The notes: generated by a model not told the origin, from the sequence alone. Positions 36,753-47,074 are shown, numbered from the stretch's first letter. The stretch: DNA of 64,000 bases from a virus (IMGVR_UViG_3300033062_000614), one strand, 5' to 3'. Numbers and translations are program-made.

Positions 36753-39700
36753 AAGGGCTTTATGATTTCCTAAAAGAAGGAGATAACATATTTGAAAAGA
36801 CATATACTTGGGGCTATGAGGTCTTGAAAGCTCCAGAAGGTGGACCAGGGACTGCCACATTGAAGAGCACTATAAAGGGCATTCCTGGCGTAAGACTTGT
36901 AACCTTCCCTTCTGCTTATATGGGTCATACATCTGTTAGAATCACTGCCAATTCTAGAGAAGCCCTTTCTAAAGCCCTTACTATATTACAAGATTATGGC
37001 TACATTGACAGTGTTGCCGATGGAATGAGAAGCGTAACATCAGAAGCAGAATATGATGCCCATCAACCTGCTGACGTTGCTGCGGGCAAGGAAGTTGCTA
37101 GTCAATCTGCTGAGTTTCACAAAGCCCACGAACAGGTCTTTGGAAGTTCCTCTGGTGGAGCCCAAGATGTGCAAGAAACTGGAGAGATGGGTCACGGTGA
37201 TATTACACAAGGTGGGGAAGATTATGAGTGGGCAAAGGCTATTGAGGAGGACGTCAAGGAGATAGAAAAGATTACAAAGGGTAAGTTGAAATTTGAGGGT
37301 ATGAAGCCCTTCGACAAATACCGTGGTCCATATGCTGCTACTAGCTTAGGTAGGATTTGGGATGCAGGAGTTGAAGGTGAGAAATACTTGTTTATGGAAA
37401 ACTCCAACTGGGTTGGCACAGCCCAAGAGCTAGCACAAGCAATCAATGGAGATGCGACCGCTAGGGCTTTAGTAGTCAACCAAGCCAAGACCGCTGCTGG
37501 AGAGCCTACCGAACCTGACTTTAACCCTGCCCAAATGAAGTTCCCCTTCGCTGAGTCCTGTGTCAAGAGTATTAAAGAAGCAGACATAGACAAATATACC
37601 AAGCACGAGGAATATACTCCTGAAGAGTTTGACAAAAGGGGATTCTATCTTTCAGATGACCAGAAGAAAACCGTAGAGACTGCTAAAGCGGAGGGCAAGA
37701 AACTGTTAGCTTCTATCTCTTACCTACCTTTTGGAAACTATCTTATGCATCTGTCTATAATAGAGGGCAAGGTTCCTAACCCTAAAGATACCGAAGACAA
37801 GCAAAGGCAAGATATGACTGAAGCCCTTGACCCTAGAATACCCGACCAAGCAATTGACTTTCGGTATATCTCTGGAACCAAGACCTTCAAGAACGGCACG
37901 AAAGAGTATAACTTGTTAAATGCTCTAGAAGATAAGGCTTGGGAAGACTACTTAGATGTTATGGCAGGGTCAGGCACTACGGTTGAATACGACCTCGTCA
38001 GAGATGTCTTTACTGCTAGTAATGTAGTAGGGGAATCTACTAAGCGGTCAAAGTCTGCTAAGGTATTGAGAGAACAGAAGATAAACGAACAAGAACCCCC
38101 GCCAGAACCAGCTCCAGAGACAGGTGCAGAGATACCAGAAGAGCCAACCCTAGAAGAGCCTCCTGCAGAGCCTCCTAAAGAAGAGAAACCTAAAGAAGAG
38201 GAAGAGCCTAAGAAAGAGGAGCCTGTCAAGGAGAAACCCTCATACACTAAGGAATACTTCGGGTCAAAAGGAACTGATAAGCACTATTACTTTATCCACA
38301 AGATGACCGAAGATGGTATGACGGTTGACGATTTACAAGTCCTTGATATTGAGGATAACATAGTCTTCTCCGCCAAAGAAAAACAAATGGATGTATTAGG
38401 TGAGAGGGCTTTCTTGAAAGCAGCAGCTGAAGCTACAGGCATAGATATGATAGCCTATGATGTGGTAATGCGGTATAAAATGCTTGAAGAGGAGCCTCCT
38501 TTGGAAGAGAAACCCGAAGACGAAGTGCCTGAGTTAAAACCCAAAGAGGAGGAAAAACCCGAACAGAAGTCTGAGCCAGAAGTTGGACCAAAGAGTGAAG
38601 AGGAGGCTCCTCCCAAAGAAAGCTTTAAGCGACCCGCCAAACAAAAGATTGAGGAAGGTTACGAGCAGATTGGTTCAGGTAAGTTACCTAACAAGTATTA
38701 CGTAACAGGCTCTGGCGATTACTATATGATGGTAAAGAGAGGCACGCTTGACTGGGCTTCTGAGCAACTTAAAGACTTCAAGCCTAAGTCTAAGAAGTAT
38801 GGGGTATTCAATACCTATAAAGAGGCGACTGCTGCAGTAGATACCGCATCAGCCTCAGAGTTTGGTAGTGAACCTAATCCTGCAGGTATCAATACTATAA
38901 CTGTTGAAGACCATTTGACAGGAGAGCTTCTACACTATGGGTTTGTTGCCTATAAGCAAGCTGGGTATCGCTATGAGATTGAGCAGTTTGGCGATACTAA
39001 GTTTACAGCAGAGAAGATGAAACAAGCTGGGCAGACCTTTGAGACTGGAGACAGTCCTGGTCCAGAGAAGTGCGTAAAGTGCGGAGTTCATATTGGCACT
39101 AAGGTAGCACAGAACTTCGGTGGCAAGTGTCCTGAGTGTTGGGAAGAGGACGAGAAGGCTGCTGGAAAAATGGACGAAGCCAAGCTTCCTAAGGTAGTCC
39201 TTGCAGACTTGAAGAAGCTTATGTCTGAGCCGTATGACGAGATTGCTCACAAGCTAGATGTATCTCACGAAACCGTCAAGGCTCTGCTTCAGGCTCTTAT
39301 GGTGCACGCTGAGGGAGAGAAAGAATCAATCTATGACAAGAAGCTTAAAGAGGGCACTTGGGCTACTCCAAATACTCAAGCTAAGAAACAAGCTCTGTTA
39401 GCATTCCTTGATGGGTTAGACGAAGGTGAGCTTGAGCCCTTGGAAGACTTCTTGTATTCTAAGCTCGGAGATGATGAGCTCTTTGATGAACTTGAAGATA
39501 TTGTTAAGCCCGTATGCAAGCCTATTGCTAAGGCTATTAGAAAGAAATTGAAAGACCTCAACATAGTAATAGAGTCCTCGATGGACGAAACTGTAAAGCT
39601 TCGCAAGATGACCGATGATGACCGTATGGGCTTTGCAGGTGCAGAGGGTGAGGCAATGATTGGAGATATACATACCTCGGAGGGTGCAGGTATTGTTATC

Positions 39701-40798
39701 GTAGACCAAGCGGGCATTGCGATTATAATTGGAGATGAGAAGCCGATAGAGTTTCACAAGGAGATGGTATTTGATGATGGTATAAGGCTTGTGCAAGCAT
39801 TCAAAGAGCCCATCAGTATAGACTCCTTGAAGGCTATGGGATTCGTTAACATAACGGAGTCTAAAAAGGAGTCCAAGAAAATGAAAAACTTAAAAGAAGC
39901 TGATGCAGTTCCTGAAAAGGGAGATAATCCTGAAACTACAATACCTGTCTCTGGCACAAAGACCCCAGAGAAAGAACCGAAGAAAGAGGAACAACCTACA
40001 ACTCAAGAGAAACCAGTAGAAGTTGGCGAACCTCAAAATCAAGTAACCGAATTGAAGGACAAAGAGGAGGTGAAGGACAAAGTGAAAGAGGCTAAAGAGA
40101 AGGATATAAAGGATAAGATTACAGAGATATTCAAGTTCCTGGATGAGGAATGGTCGAAGTTTCCAACAAAGGCTGAAGCAATCGCAAAGTTGACTACAAA
40201 GTTCGGTATTGGTGAGGATATGGCAAGGGCAACGCTAGGGGTTGCTGAATACTACAACGGCAAGCTAGACGATGGCACACCCGTAGCAGAGCCTGTGGCA
40301 CCTGCCCCTGCACTAACCCCTGAGCCTCCTCCTGTTGCTCCAGCACCTGTAGCAATGGAAGCAAAGCTACCAGATTTGTCAAAACAGGAAGATGATATCA
40401 AGAAAGCATTGCTTGAAAAGCATCTAGGCAAAAAGGTAGATGAGGATAAAGACAAAGAGGCAAAAGAGAAAGAAGAGAAGGAAAAGAAAGAAAAAGAGGA
40501 AAAGGAAAAGAAAGAGAAGGAAGCTAAGGAAAAGAAGAAAGTCAAAGAAGATGTGCAGGAAGATGTAAATATCAATGTCACAACCGATAAGCAAGATATC
40601 CAAGTTACTGCGGTTGAGGACGGTGGAGTTCAGACTACGGTAGTAGACAAGGCAACTGGTGCAGAGACCGCTGCTGTGGCACCTGCTCCTGAAGTGCCAG
40701 CTGTTGAAGCTCCAGCACCTGTGGAAGAGGAACCTGTTGCGATTGAATGTGAAGAGAGTATTCACAAGTTTATGAAGTCTTTCGGTAATAGAGGATAA
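36749..40798 (+). CDS. Giant (1349 aa) low-complexity virion protein, candidate ejected/internal protein
   Basis: CTS-like N-terminus 'MKGLYDFLKEGD'. Long P/E/K linkers, zinc ribbon 'CVKCG…CPEC', and KE-repeat tract 'KEKEEKEKKEKEEKEKKEK'. The C-terminal module is shared with the ORF at 54060. Confidence 0.6.
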   Translation: MKGLYDFLKEGDNIFEKTYTWGYEVLKAPEGGPGTATLKSTIKGIPGVRLVTFPSAYMGHTSVRITANSREALSKALTILQDYGYIDSVADGMRSVTSEAEYDAHQPADVAAGKEVASQSAEFHKAHEQVFGSSSGGAQDVQETGEMGHGDITQGGEDYEWAKAIEEDVKEIEKITKGKLKFEGMKPFDKYRGPYAATSLGRIWDAGVEGEKYLFMENSNWVGTAQELAQAINGDATARALVVNQAKTAAGEPTEPDFNPAQMKFPFAESCVKSIKEADIDKYTKHEEYTPEEFDKRGFYLSDDQKKTVETAKAEGKKLLASISYLPFGNYLMHLSIIEGKVPNPKDTEDKQRQDMTEALDPRIPDQAIDFRYISGTKTFKNGTKEYNLLNALEDKAWEDYLDVMAGSGTTVEYDLVRDVFTASNVVGESTKRSKSAKVLREQKINEQEPPPEPAPETGAEIPEEPTLEEPPAEPPKEEKPKEEEEPKKEEPVKEKPSYTKEYFGSKGTDKHYYFIHKMTEDGMTVDDLQVLDIEDNIVFSAKEKQMDVLGERAFLKAAAEATGIDMIAYDVVMRYKMLEEEPPLEEKPEDEVPELKPKEEEKPEQKSEPEVGPKSEEEAPPKESFKRPAKQKIEEGYEQIGSGKLPNKYYVTGSGDYYMMVKRGTLDWASEQLKDFKPKSKKYGVFNTYKEATAAVDTASASEFGSEPNPAGINTITVEDHLTGELLHYGFVAYKQAGYRYEIEQFGDTKFTAEKMKQAGQTFETGDSPGPEKCVKCGVHIGTKVAQNFGGKCPECWEEDEKAAGKMDEAKLPKVVLADLKKLMSEPYDEIAHKLDVSHETVKALLQALMVHAEGEKESIYDKKLKEGTWATPNTQAKKQALLAFLDGLDEGELEPLEDFLYSKLGDDELFDELEDIVKPVCKPIAKAIRKKLKDLNIVIESSMDETVKLRKMTDDDRMGFAGAEGEAMIGDIHTSEGAGIVIVDQAGIAIIIGDEKPIEFHKEMVFDDGIRLVQAFKEPISIDSLKAMGFVNITESKKESKKMKNLKEADAVPEKGDNPETTIPVSGTKTPEKEPKKEEQPTTQEKPVEVGEPQNQVTELKDKEEVKDKVKEAKEKDIKDKITEIFKFLDEEWSKFPTKAEAIAKLTTKFGIGEDMARATLGVAEYYNGKLDDGTPVAEPVAPAPALTPEPPPVAPAPVAMEAKLPDLSKQEDDIKKALLEKHLGKKVDEDKDKEAKEKEEKEKKEKEEKEKKEKEAKEKKKVKEDVQEDVNINVTTDKQDIQVTAVEDGGVQTTVVDKATGAETAAVAPAPEVPAVEAPAPVEEEPVAIECEESIHKFMKSFGNRG

Positions 40799-40803
40799 TA
40801 GAC

Positions 40804-40918
40804 GTGGCGGAGATTGCTAAATGATGCGACACTATTGCTCATTGCAGCAATATCGCCAAACCTGATGAGCATAGAGCTGTAGTTCGGTAGAGATACCGAC
40901 AGGCTCTACTCCGCCCAC
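40804..40918 (+). other. structured intergenic element (nested hairpins)
   Basis: Outer inverted repeat GTGGCGGAG…CTCCGCCCAC encloses inner hairpins ATTGCT(CATTGC)AGCAAT and CGGTA(GAGA)TACCG. Confidence 0.3.
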
Positions 40919-40931
40919 GAAAATCAAAGCT

Positions 40932-41168
40932 ATGGGATACAACCAGCTTCTAGATAGATTAACGGAACAGATTCAAGGCAATACTGTTAGGTTTAAGTTG
41001 AGAGGCGAAGAGGACGAAAGAGTAGGAACAGTAGTTTACTCTGACTACTCAAGAGAGGAAGATACTCTCAACATAGCAGTAAAGTGCTCTTGTGGAGGGT
41101 TGTTTGAGCTTCGAAGAATTGATGGAGATTGGGTAAATGCGGAATATGTTAAAGTTGATAAAGGATGA
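40932..41168 (+). CDS. hypothetical protein
   Basis: ATG start with a weak RBS. Confidence 0.35.
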   Translation: MGYNQLLDRLTEQIQGNTVRFKLRGEEDERVGTVVYSDYSREEDTLNIAVKCSCGGLFELRRIDGDWVNAEYVKVDKG

Positions 41169-41409
41169 GGGTTTATATTTACATTACTTTATCTCCTTAG
41201 TAATTGTCATAGCATTGTCGTTTATGCTAAGTTTGTTTTGGAGTTGTTTGATAACCTTAGCAATAGGAATAATCAAAGAGATGATTGATAAGTATATAAG
41301 AAAAGCAAAGTTCAGTCTATTGGATTTAGTTGCCGATGTGGCAGGTATTCTTACGGGGCTTTTGCTAGTCTCAATGTTTTACAGTTGGATTGATAAGATT
41401 GAGGGGTAA
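41146..41409 (+). CDS. small membrane protein (2 TM), holin-like topology
   Basis: 'YLHYFISLVIVIALSFMLSLFWSCLITLAIGII…LVADVAGILTGLLLVSMFY'. The start is ambiguous (41137, 41146 or 41155). Confidence 0.35.
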   Translation: MLKLIKDEGLYLHYFISLVIVIALSFMLSLFWSCLITLAIGIIKEMIDKYIRKAKFSLLDLVADVAGILTGLLLVSMFYSWIDKIEG

Positions 41410-41410
41410 A

Positions 41411-41995
41411 ATGGATAGAGCTAAAAGAATAATTACGGAAGCTAGTAAGGTTGTTCCAGCGTTGATGCCTTTGTTGGAAGACAAGGACTTCTTGGAGTTA
41501 TTGAATGAGGAGATTAAGGAGGCTAGTAAAGAAGAAGGCGACCTCTTGGTGCACTTTGGTAGCTCCTCCTTTCTAGGCATACGTCCTACGTGCGAGGTTG
41601 TGAACGATAGTGTAGTTGCTATCTCACTCCTTAGCGAAGCGGAGGTATTCTCTAGCCTTAAATCTGCCACAAAGAAATTAGGCAAGACTACGGAAGATTT
41701 GGAGAAGGTTTTCAAAGACGTCAAAGAGTCCTACTTATCCGAGAAGAATGTCAAGATTGAGGAGCTTACAAAAAGTCAATGGCGTGAAATAGCTGAATCA
41801 GTTTGTGCAAAGCTCATAAACGCTGAAACCGATACCGAGAATGCTATACTGACTGAGGCAGACCTCAATAAAATCATAGAGAGCATAACTACGAGCCGTA
41901 AGAAGGAAGCTCTCAGGACTTTGGAGCAGTTGTTGAAGCTAGATGTGGAGTCTAAGAAAAGAGCCTTACTTGACAAACTCTTGGGCAATGGGTAG
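41411..41995 (+). CDS. hypothetical helical protein
   Basis: ATG 41411 after the upstream stop with GAGGGG RBS is preferred over 41390. Confidence 0.4.
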   Translation: MDRAKRIITEASKVVPALMPLLEDKDFLELLNEEIKEASKEEGDLLVHFGSSSFLGIRPTCEVVNDSVVAISLLSEAEVFSSLKSATKKLGKTTEDLEKVFKDVKESYLSEKNVKIEELTKSQWREIAESVCAKLINAETDTENAILTEADLNKIIESITTSRKKEALRTLEQLLKLDVESKKRALLDKLLGNG

Positions 41996-41997
41996 GT

Positions 41998-42291
41998 ATG
42001 AAAATCTTCAGAGATGCAGGTTTACAGGACGAGGTAAAGCTACTAGACCTTGGAATTGTTCCAGCAGGAGATTCCAAAGAGTTCTCTTTTTATCTATTGA
42101 ATGACTCCAAGGCAGACCTACGCTCTTTGAGGTTTAAGGTAGAACATCCTGAAGTTAGAATAAAGATGGCGCCAGAGCACTTGGATTCAGGGCAGAGTGC
42201 TGAATTTAGGCTCTCTTGGGCTCCTGCCGTTACGTTAAAGGAAGGACTGAAAGCCAAGGTTTTGATAGATGGGGACGAGCTTTGGAAGTAG
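41998..42291 (+). CDS. hypothetical protein
   Basis: Tight spacing with its neighbours. Confidence 0.4.
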   Translation: MKIFRDAGLQDEVKLLDLGIVPAGDSKEFSFYLLNDSKADLRSLRFKVEHPEVRIKMAPEHLDSGQSAEFRLSWAPAVTLKEGLKAKVLIDGDELWK

Positions 42292-42306
42292 AGAGAGTAA
42301 AATTCA

Positions 42307-42750
42307 ATGGCAGAGATTAACAAAATCAATGTATTCTCAGATGTTGCGAACAATACTAAGAAAGCCCTTGTTGATAGTAATCGTAGGGTTGTCGTTGTTA
42401 TTGATTCACCAATTACTATCTCTCAAGCACCTGCGGGGTTTATCTCTAACAGTTCTGGAGCAATCCCAAAAGATGCCGAGTTTACTATTGTAAGTTACGT
42501 TGTTCCAGCATTAAAGAAGTTTAGGCTTACAGGGTTTACAGGTTCTGGTAGTGCAGATGGGCTTTATAAACTATACATCAATTTGGTGCAAAAGATGGAA
42601 TTGAGAAGTTCGGCAGCTAGTCCTAATGTAGGTAAGACCTTTTCAGCACCGATGGAATTCAATGATGGGGATATTATAGCATTGAAAGTAATACATAGAC
42701 ACGGTAGTGTGCAAACGTTCTTTGGGGACTTTGAAGGTTACTTAGCGTAG
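42307..42750 (+). CDS. hypothetical β-rich structural protein
   Basis: β-strand-like composition. Weakly similar in pattern to the 45756 ORF. Confidence 0.4.
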   Translation: MAEINKINVFSDVANNTKKALVDSNRRVVVVIDSPITISQAPAGFISNSSGAIPKDAEFTIVSYVVPALKKFRLTGFTGSGSADGLYKLYINLVQKMELRSSAASPNVGKTFSAPMEFNDGDIIALKVIHRHGSVQTFFGDFEGYLA

Positions 42751-42759
42751 GAGTGAACT

Positions 42760-42975
42760 ATGAGTGATTTACCTATTCCTGGTTTAGTATTGAGTCCTGA
42801 CGCATTAAAGATGAAGATTGAGATTGAGAGGTCAGAAGCTATTCTAAGGGTTCAAAAGCTTCATTTGAGTAAACTGGAGCTTGAAAACCAGGTAAAGAAA
42901 GTAGATTATGAGATTCAAATATATTCTGATAAACTAAAGGAATATGATAAGTCCAAGGAGGTAAAGAATGTCTGA
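42760..42975 (+). CDS. small coiled-coil protein
   Basis: RBS TAGGAGTG. Confidence 0.4.
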   Translation: MSDLPIPGLVLSPDALKMKIEIERSEAILRVQKLHLSKLELENQVKKVDYEIQIYSDKLKEYDKSKEVKNV

Positions 42976-43825
42976 TTATTATAGTAGTATGCCTGTAAGA
43001 ACAAGTAGAGAAAGTGGAGATATACAGAATGTATTGGTTGCTGGTTGGGAGTCTTCTACGTCAGCAATTATTGCTATAAAGGTTGATACTAGTGGTAAGG
43101 TCTATGTAGTTGGCTCCGACTTTGATATTCGCAACCTTGATTCATCTCAAGATAGTGTATTGATTTGTGGTAACGATGGCTCGTCCACAAATCCTCCAAT
43201 CTCTGTTGATGCAAGTGGTAATGTCAATGTCAACATAGTTAGTGGTGCTGGTGGGTATCAATACCAAGATAACGTAGCGAGCACAGGTGCTTATGGAACT
43301 GTAGCTCTTGGTCTTGATGCTGCTAATTCAAAACTTCAGATGATTGCCGTTGACAGCACAGGTAGACCACAAGTTGACATAGCTGCTCAGACTTTGACGG
43401 CTGTTAAGATTTCAAAGGATGTTAACGCTAATACAGAGACCAACCCAATCTTTGTGAAGCTCACAGATATTGCACAGGGTGGAGAAGTTCACGAATATGA
43501 TACTTCTGCTGGGATTGGTAAAGGCTTGACAGCTAATCACGAGTATATTCTAACTCCAGCTGGTGGCAAGACCCTTATGTTGAAACAGGTTCTGTTTTCT
43601 GCCTCTGGAGCAATGAAGGCTGAGGTGCAGGTTGGTCCATTGTTAGGTTTAGTTACGAAGGCTGTTGGGTTTAACTCTTCTGCTAACCTTATGAATACGA
43701 TAGTCTTTGACCCGCCAATTGAGCTAACAGAAGCTGGTGCTGGGCAGAGAGTGCGTGTTATAGTTACAAATAGGGATAATCAAGCTCAAGACCTGTATAC
43801 TACGATAATGGGCGTTGAACGATAA
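42968..43825 (+). CDS. hypothetical β-rich structural protein (fibre/decoration-like)
   Basis: RBS AAGGAGG. Repetitive S/G/V-rich β-strand composition 'SVDASGNVNVNIVSG'. Confidence 0.45.
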   Translation: MSDYYSSMPVRTSRESGDIQNVLVAGWESSTSAIIAIKVDTSGKVYVVGSDFDIRNLDSSQDSVLICGNDGSSTNPPISVDASGNVNVNIVSGAGGYQYQDNVASTGAYGTVALGLDAANSKLQMIAVDSTGRPQVDIAAQTLTAVKISKDVNANTETNPIFVKLTDIAQGGEVHEYDTSAGIGKGLTANHEYILTPAGGKTLMLKQVLFSASGAMKAEVQVGPLLGLVTKAVGFNSSANLMNTIVFDPPIELTEAGAGQRVRVIVTNRDNQAQDLYTTIMGVER

Positions 43826-43900
43826 ACGTAACAAAGTGATGCGGCACTAATCAATCCAGCGACTCCGCATAAGTGAGCTGGATGCGCAAAGGAGAGAGAA

Positions 43901-44110
43901 ATGGCTGATATTGAATTGAAACCTGAGGAGCAAAAGAAAGAACCGTTGAAATCTGAAGGAACGCCTTTGAATCTGGGTAATGTGGAGATTATAAAAGTCA
44001 AGTTGTTAGAGAGTATTCAGAATCTTCTCTTAGAGAACAACAAAATACTAAGAGCAATAGCGATTAAACAAGGTGCAATAGAGGTAGAGAAACCAAAGAC
44101 TGATGTCTGA
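43901..44110 (+). CDS. small protein
   Basis: RBS AAAGGAGAGAG. Confidence 0.4.
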   Translation: MADIELKPEEQKKEPLKSEGTPLNLGNVEIIKVKLLESIQNLLLENNKILRAIAIKQGAIEVEKPKTDV

Positions 44111-45158
44111 CATACCCCTTGAGGCAGTAGAGACTATAGTATACGTCAAAGACCCTTCTGGCGTAGCCAAGGAAGTAGGCTACGTCACGGGGTCTGAGGC
44201 ATCTATGCCTTGCGTGATTGTTGACTATACCAATACTACTTATCGAGCAGGAGTAACTAGTGCTGGTAAGTTAAAAGTAGAGGCGTCCCTAGATTCAACA
44301 GTAGGCAATCTAGTAATTATAAGGGATGCTGTTAATGGTGCAGTTCAGACTTCAGTTAATATCCATACTACTTCTGCAATAGGGGTTAATGTTTTGCCTT
44401 TAGGATTGTATAAAACTGTTGCACCTACCTTAACTGATGACCAAGTTTACCCGTTGTTGGTTGACTCACAAGGGCGTTTGTTAATATCGCAGTCCCCAAC
44501 AACTAGAAGGGTAATTGAACTATCTTATATCACTTCAAGTTTGGGGGTTTTGGTAGCGAATATGTGGTTCAATGTTCTTTGGTATACCGTTCCCGCTTCT
44601 TACCAATTAGAAATAACTCAATTCAATTGTAGTGCTGGGAATCAATTAGGTAGTGCTAGGGCTAATAGGGCAAGAAGTTTAGGCACATATAATATTGGAA
44701 CGTCAACTTTCGCAGATGGCGGTGCATATGTTGCTCCAGGATTTTGCTCTTCGGTTGAGGCAGAGGTTACAACTGCTTTAACAGGCACAGCAGTTACTTT
44801 GACGGTAACTTATATAAATGAGTCTGGTGTTGCAGGAAGAACAGGAACCATTGTTTGTCTAGCAGCAGCACCGCTCAAAGAAAGATTCTTAATGACGTTA
44901 CAAGCTGGTGATTTTGGGGTTCGAGATATTACAGCCATTTCAAAATCTGGTGGCACGGCAGGTGTATTGACTTTGTATGGGCTTACTACTTTATTTTATG
45001 AGATTATACCAACTCAAGGTGTGACATATCCATTATTGACAGCAAGAGAAAGTGTTATAATTGAGGCAGGAGACTTAATTTCACTGGAGATAGTATCCTC
45101 ATCTGTTGCGGCAGCTAATAGAATGGTAAAGGTAGTTGGTATTCTATCTCCAGTATAA
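44103..45158 (+). CDS. hypothetical β-rich structural protein
   Basis: Overlapping start. T/S/G-rich β composition. Confidence 0.45.
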   Translation: MSDIPLEAVETIVYVKDPSGVAKEVGYVTGSEASMPCVIVDYTNTTYRAGVTSAGKLKVEASLDSTVGNLVIIRDAVNGAVQTSVNIHTTSAIGVNVLPLGLYKTVAPTLTDDQVYPLLVDSQGRLLISQSPTTRRVIELSYITSSLGVLVANMWFNVLWYTVPASYQLEITQFNCSAGNQLGSARANRARSLGTYNIGTSTFADGGAYVAPGFCSSVEAEVTTALTGTAVTLTVTYINESGVAGRTGTIVCLAAAPLKERFLMTLQAGDFGVRDITAISKSGGTAGVLTLYGLTTLFYEIIPTQGVTYPLLTARESVIIEAGDLISLEIVSSSVAAANRMVKVVGILSPV

Positions 45159-45170
45159 AGGAATAAAACT

Positions 45171-45755
45171 ATGAGAACTATTGAATTGTCTTGGAGTGAG
45201 TTCAAGACTGATATTATAGATAAGGGTTTTCCCATTAACTATCGTAAAGAATCTTATGATATTGACCCTACCAAGTATGGCTATGAAGTCTTCGTAGTTG
45301 ATAGGGGTTTAATATATTGGGTTTCGCATATTATTGAAGTAGCTGATGTGTTAGACTTTGAGACTAATTATAAGGCTAATGCTAACAAGAATCTTGAGTA
45401 TGACCTTGAAGGAAAAAGAATATCTGGACCAAAGTATTCAGAGGCACAGGTTCTTACTGCACTAGCTATCAGAGATACGAGTCCTCATAATTCTAATAAT
45501 TCCGTTAATTTTGGGTATAAGGTTAAAACGATTATCATAAACAATCAATTAGACCAAGCCGTAACCTGCCAATGTCAAGGGTCAAGAGATGGAACTAATT
45601 GGTTCAACGTAGGTGCTACTTGGTCTGTTTCTGCTACTACTTTGACTTTCGAGACTTGTGAAAGTTACTTTCCATATTTTAGAACAGTAGTAACTTGCGC
45701 TATTGCACCTACTACAGGAGCTATAGATATGTGGTATGAAAGGATGGGGTTGTAA
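45171..45755 (+). CDS. hypothetical structural protein
   Basis: Follows directly on the + strand. Confidence 0.4.
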   Translation: MRTIELSWSEFKTDIIDKGFPINYRKESYDIDPTKYGYEVFVVDRGLIYWVSHIIEVADVLDFETNYKANANKNLEYDLEGKRISGPKYSEAQVLTALAIRDTSPHNSNNSVNFGYKVKTIIINNQLDQAVTCQCQGSRDGTNWFNVGATWSVSATTLTFETCESYFPYFRTVVTCAIAPTTGAIDMWYERMGL

Positions 45756-46130
45756 ATGGGTGGAACTCTAGATACTAAATTCTATGTTGACCCTAGTATT
45801 CAGTCCAAGGCGATAACCTATACTCCTACAACTGTTGGCGACCAAGCTACTCCTATAGTTCCTGCTCTTGCTGGTAAGAAAATAAGGGTATATGCTTGGG
45901 GTGTAAGCCTTAGCATAAATGGCTCTAATTGCTATATGAAGGACTCTACAGGAGTCCAAAAGACTGAATTACTTCTAAGAACAACAGGGGGCAACGCTCC
46001 AAACTATTATACTAGGAGTGCCTATCCTGGAATTATGATGTTTGAGACAGCAGTAGGGGCTTCGCTTCAGCTTAATTGCACAACGGCAGGGGCAACTAAT
46101 AGCGTTCAGGTAATTTACTCTTATGTGTAA
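45756..46130 (+). CDS. hypothetical β-sandwich-like protein
   Basis: RBS AAAGGATGGGG. Confidence 0.4.
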   Translation: MGGTLDTKFYVDPSIQSKAITYTPTTVGDQATPIVPALAGKKIRVYAWGVSLSINGSNCYMKDSTGVQKTELLLRTTGGNAPNYYTRSAYPGIMMFETAVGASLQLNCTTAGATNSVQVIYSYV

Positions 46131-46138
46131 AGGATAGA

Positions 46139-46621
46139 ATGAGCCAAGTTATGAATTGCCCTGTTGGGCAACCTACTAAGTTGCAGTTGTTATACAAAGA
46201 GGATAGTCTAGGAGTTCCTGGACTAGCAGCAAGGGTTGCTCTTAGGGATGCCATAACTAACAAGTATTTGGACTTCTCAGATAACCTTTGGAAGTCAAGC
46301 GGTTGGGTTCAAAAGTTTCTTTCTCTCGGAGATTTTGGTAATGGTATCTATCATTACTCTTGGAATTCTTGGGCGTCAATTAAAGAGCCTCGTATTGTAA
46401 TAGGTGAGTATGAAATTACTACTGTAGGTTACGAGGCATTTGATGCCGACATAATGGTATTTGGGTTAACGGATATGGTAGAGTCAGGGCGTTGGAAGAT
46501 TATGAACAATCAAATGATTTTCTATGGACCAGATGGTCTGACTCCTATATTAACCTTTGACCTCTTTGACTTAAATGGAGTGCCTACTATGGATGCTGTT
46601 ATGGAAAGGAAGAAAGCTTAA
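46139..46621 (+). CDS. hypothetical protein
   Basis: Dense packing. Confidence 0.4.
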   Translation: MSQVMNCPVGQPTKLQLLYKEDSLGVPGLAARVALRDAITNKYLDFSDNLWKSSGWVQKFLSLGDFGNGIYHYSWNSWASIKEPRIVIGEYEITTVGYEAFDADIMVFGLTDMVESGRWKIMNNQMIFYGPDGLTPILTFDLFDLNGVPTMDAVMERKKA

Positions 46622-47061
46622 TGCCTGGACCAAGCGGTTTCGAAAGGCAAAATCTAATTTGTAGGGGTATGTCAAAGTGGATGCAAACCCTAGCTGTTCG
46701 TGGGTTTGCTATGGCTAAGGTTCTAGCTAGCACAGTAGCAGGATGGTATCGTGGTCCAGCAGTAAGGCGTAAGTATAGTGCAACGATTGAATTGAAGGGC
46801 ACTAAGCTCTTTGGCTTTGTAGATTACTATCCCTTATTTGGGGATAGGCTTGTTCCTTTCTATCAGGATTACAAGGTTTTAGGAACAAAGCAACGCAGAT
46901 TTAAGAAAGATATACCTTACGAGATTGCAGGTATACGGTCTTTTAGATTGGTAGAAGAAATTGAGTTTAGTGGCACAAAAAGTATACCACTAACCGAATC
47001 TGTAGATGTTGAAGGTAAAAAGGATTTAACCCCAATTTTGGTAGCTCTAGACTTATTGTGA
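46621..47061 (+). CDS. hypothetical protein
   Basis: TAATG coupling. Confidence 0.4.
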   Translation: MPGPSGFERQNLICRGMSKWMQTLAVRGFAMAKVLASTVAGWYRGPAVRRKYSATIELKGTKLFGFVDYYPLFGDRLVPFYQDYKVLGTKQRRFKKDIPYEIAGIRSFRLVEEIEFSGTKSIPLTESVDVEGKKDLTPILVALDLL

Positions 47062-47074
47062 GAAGGAGTATAAT

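Noticed and set aside
40440-40560. ~110-nt homopurine (AG-rich) tracts at 40440–40560 and 55100–55170 as possible H-DNA or repeat elements
   Set aside because: They are in frame and encode Lys/Glu repeat tracts of the two proteins that share a C-terminal module. The nucleotide bias is explained by codon content (AAR/GAR).
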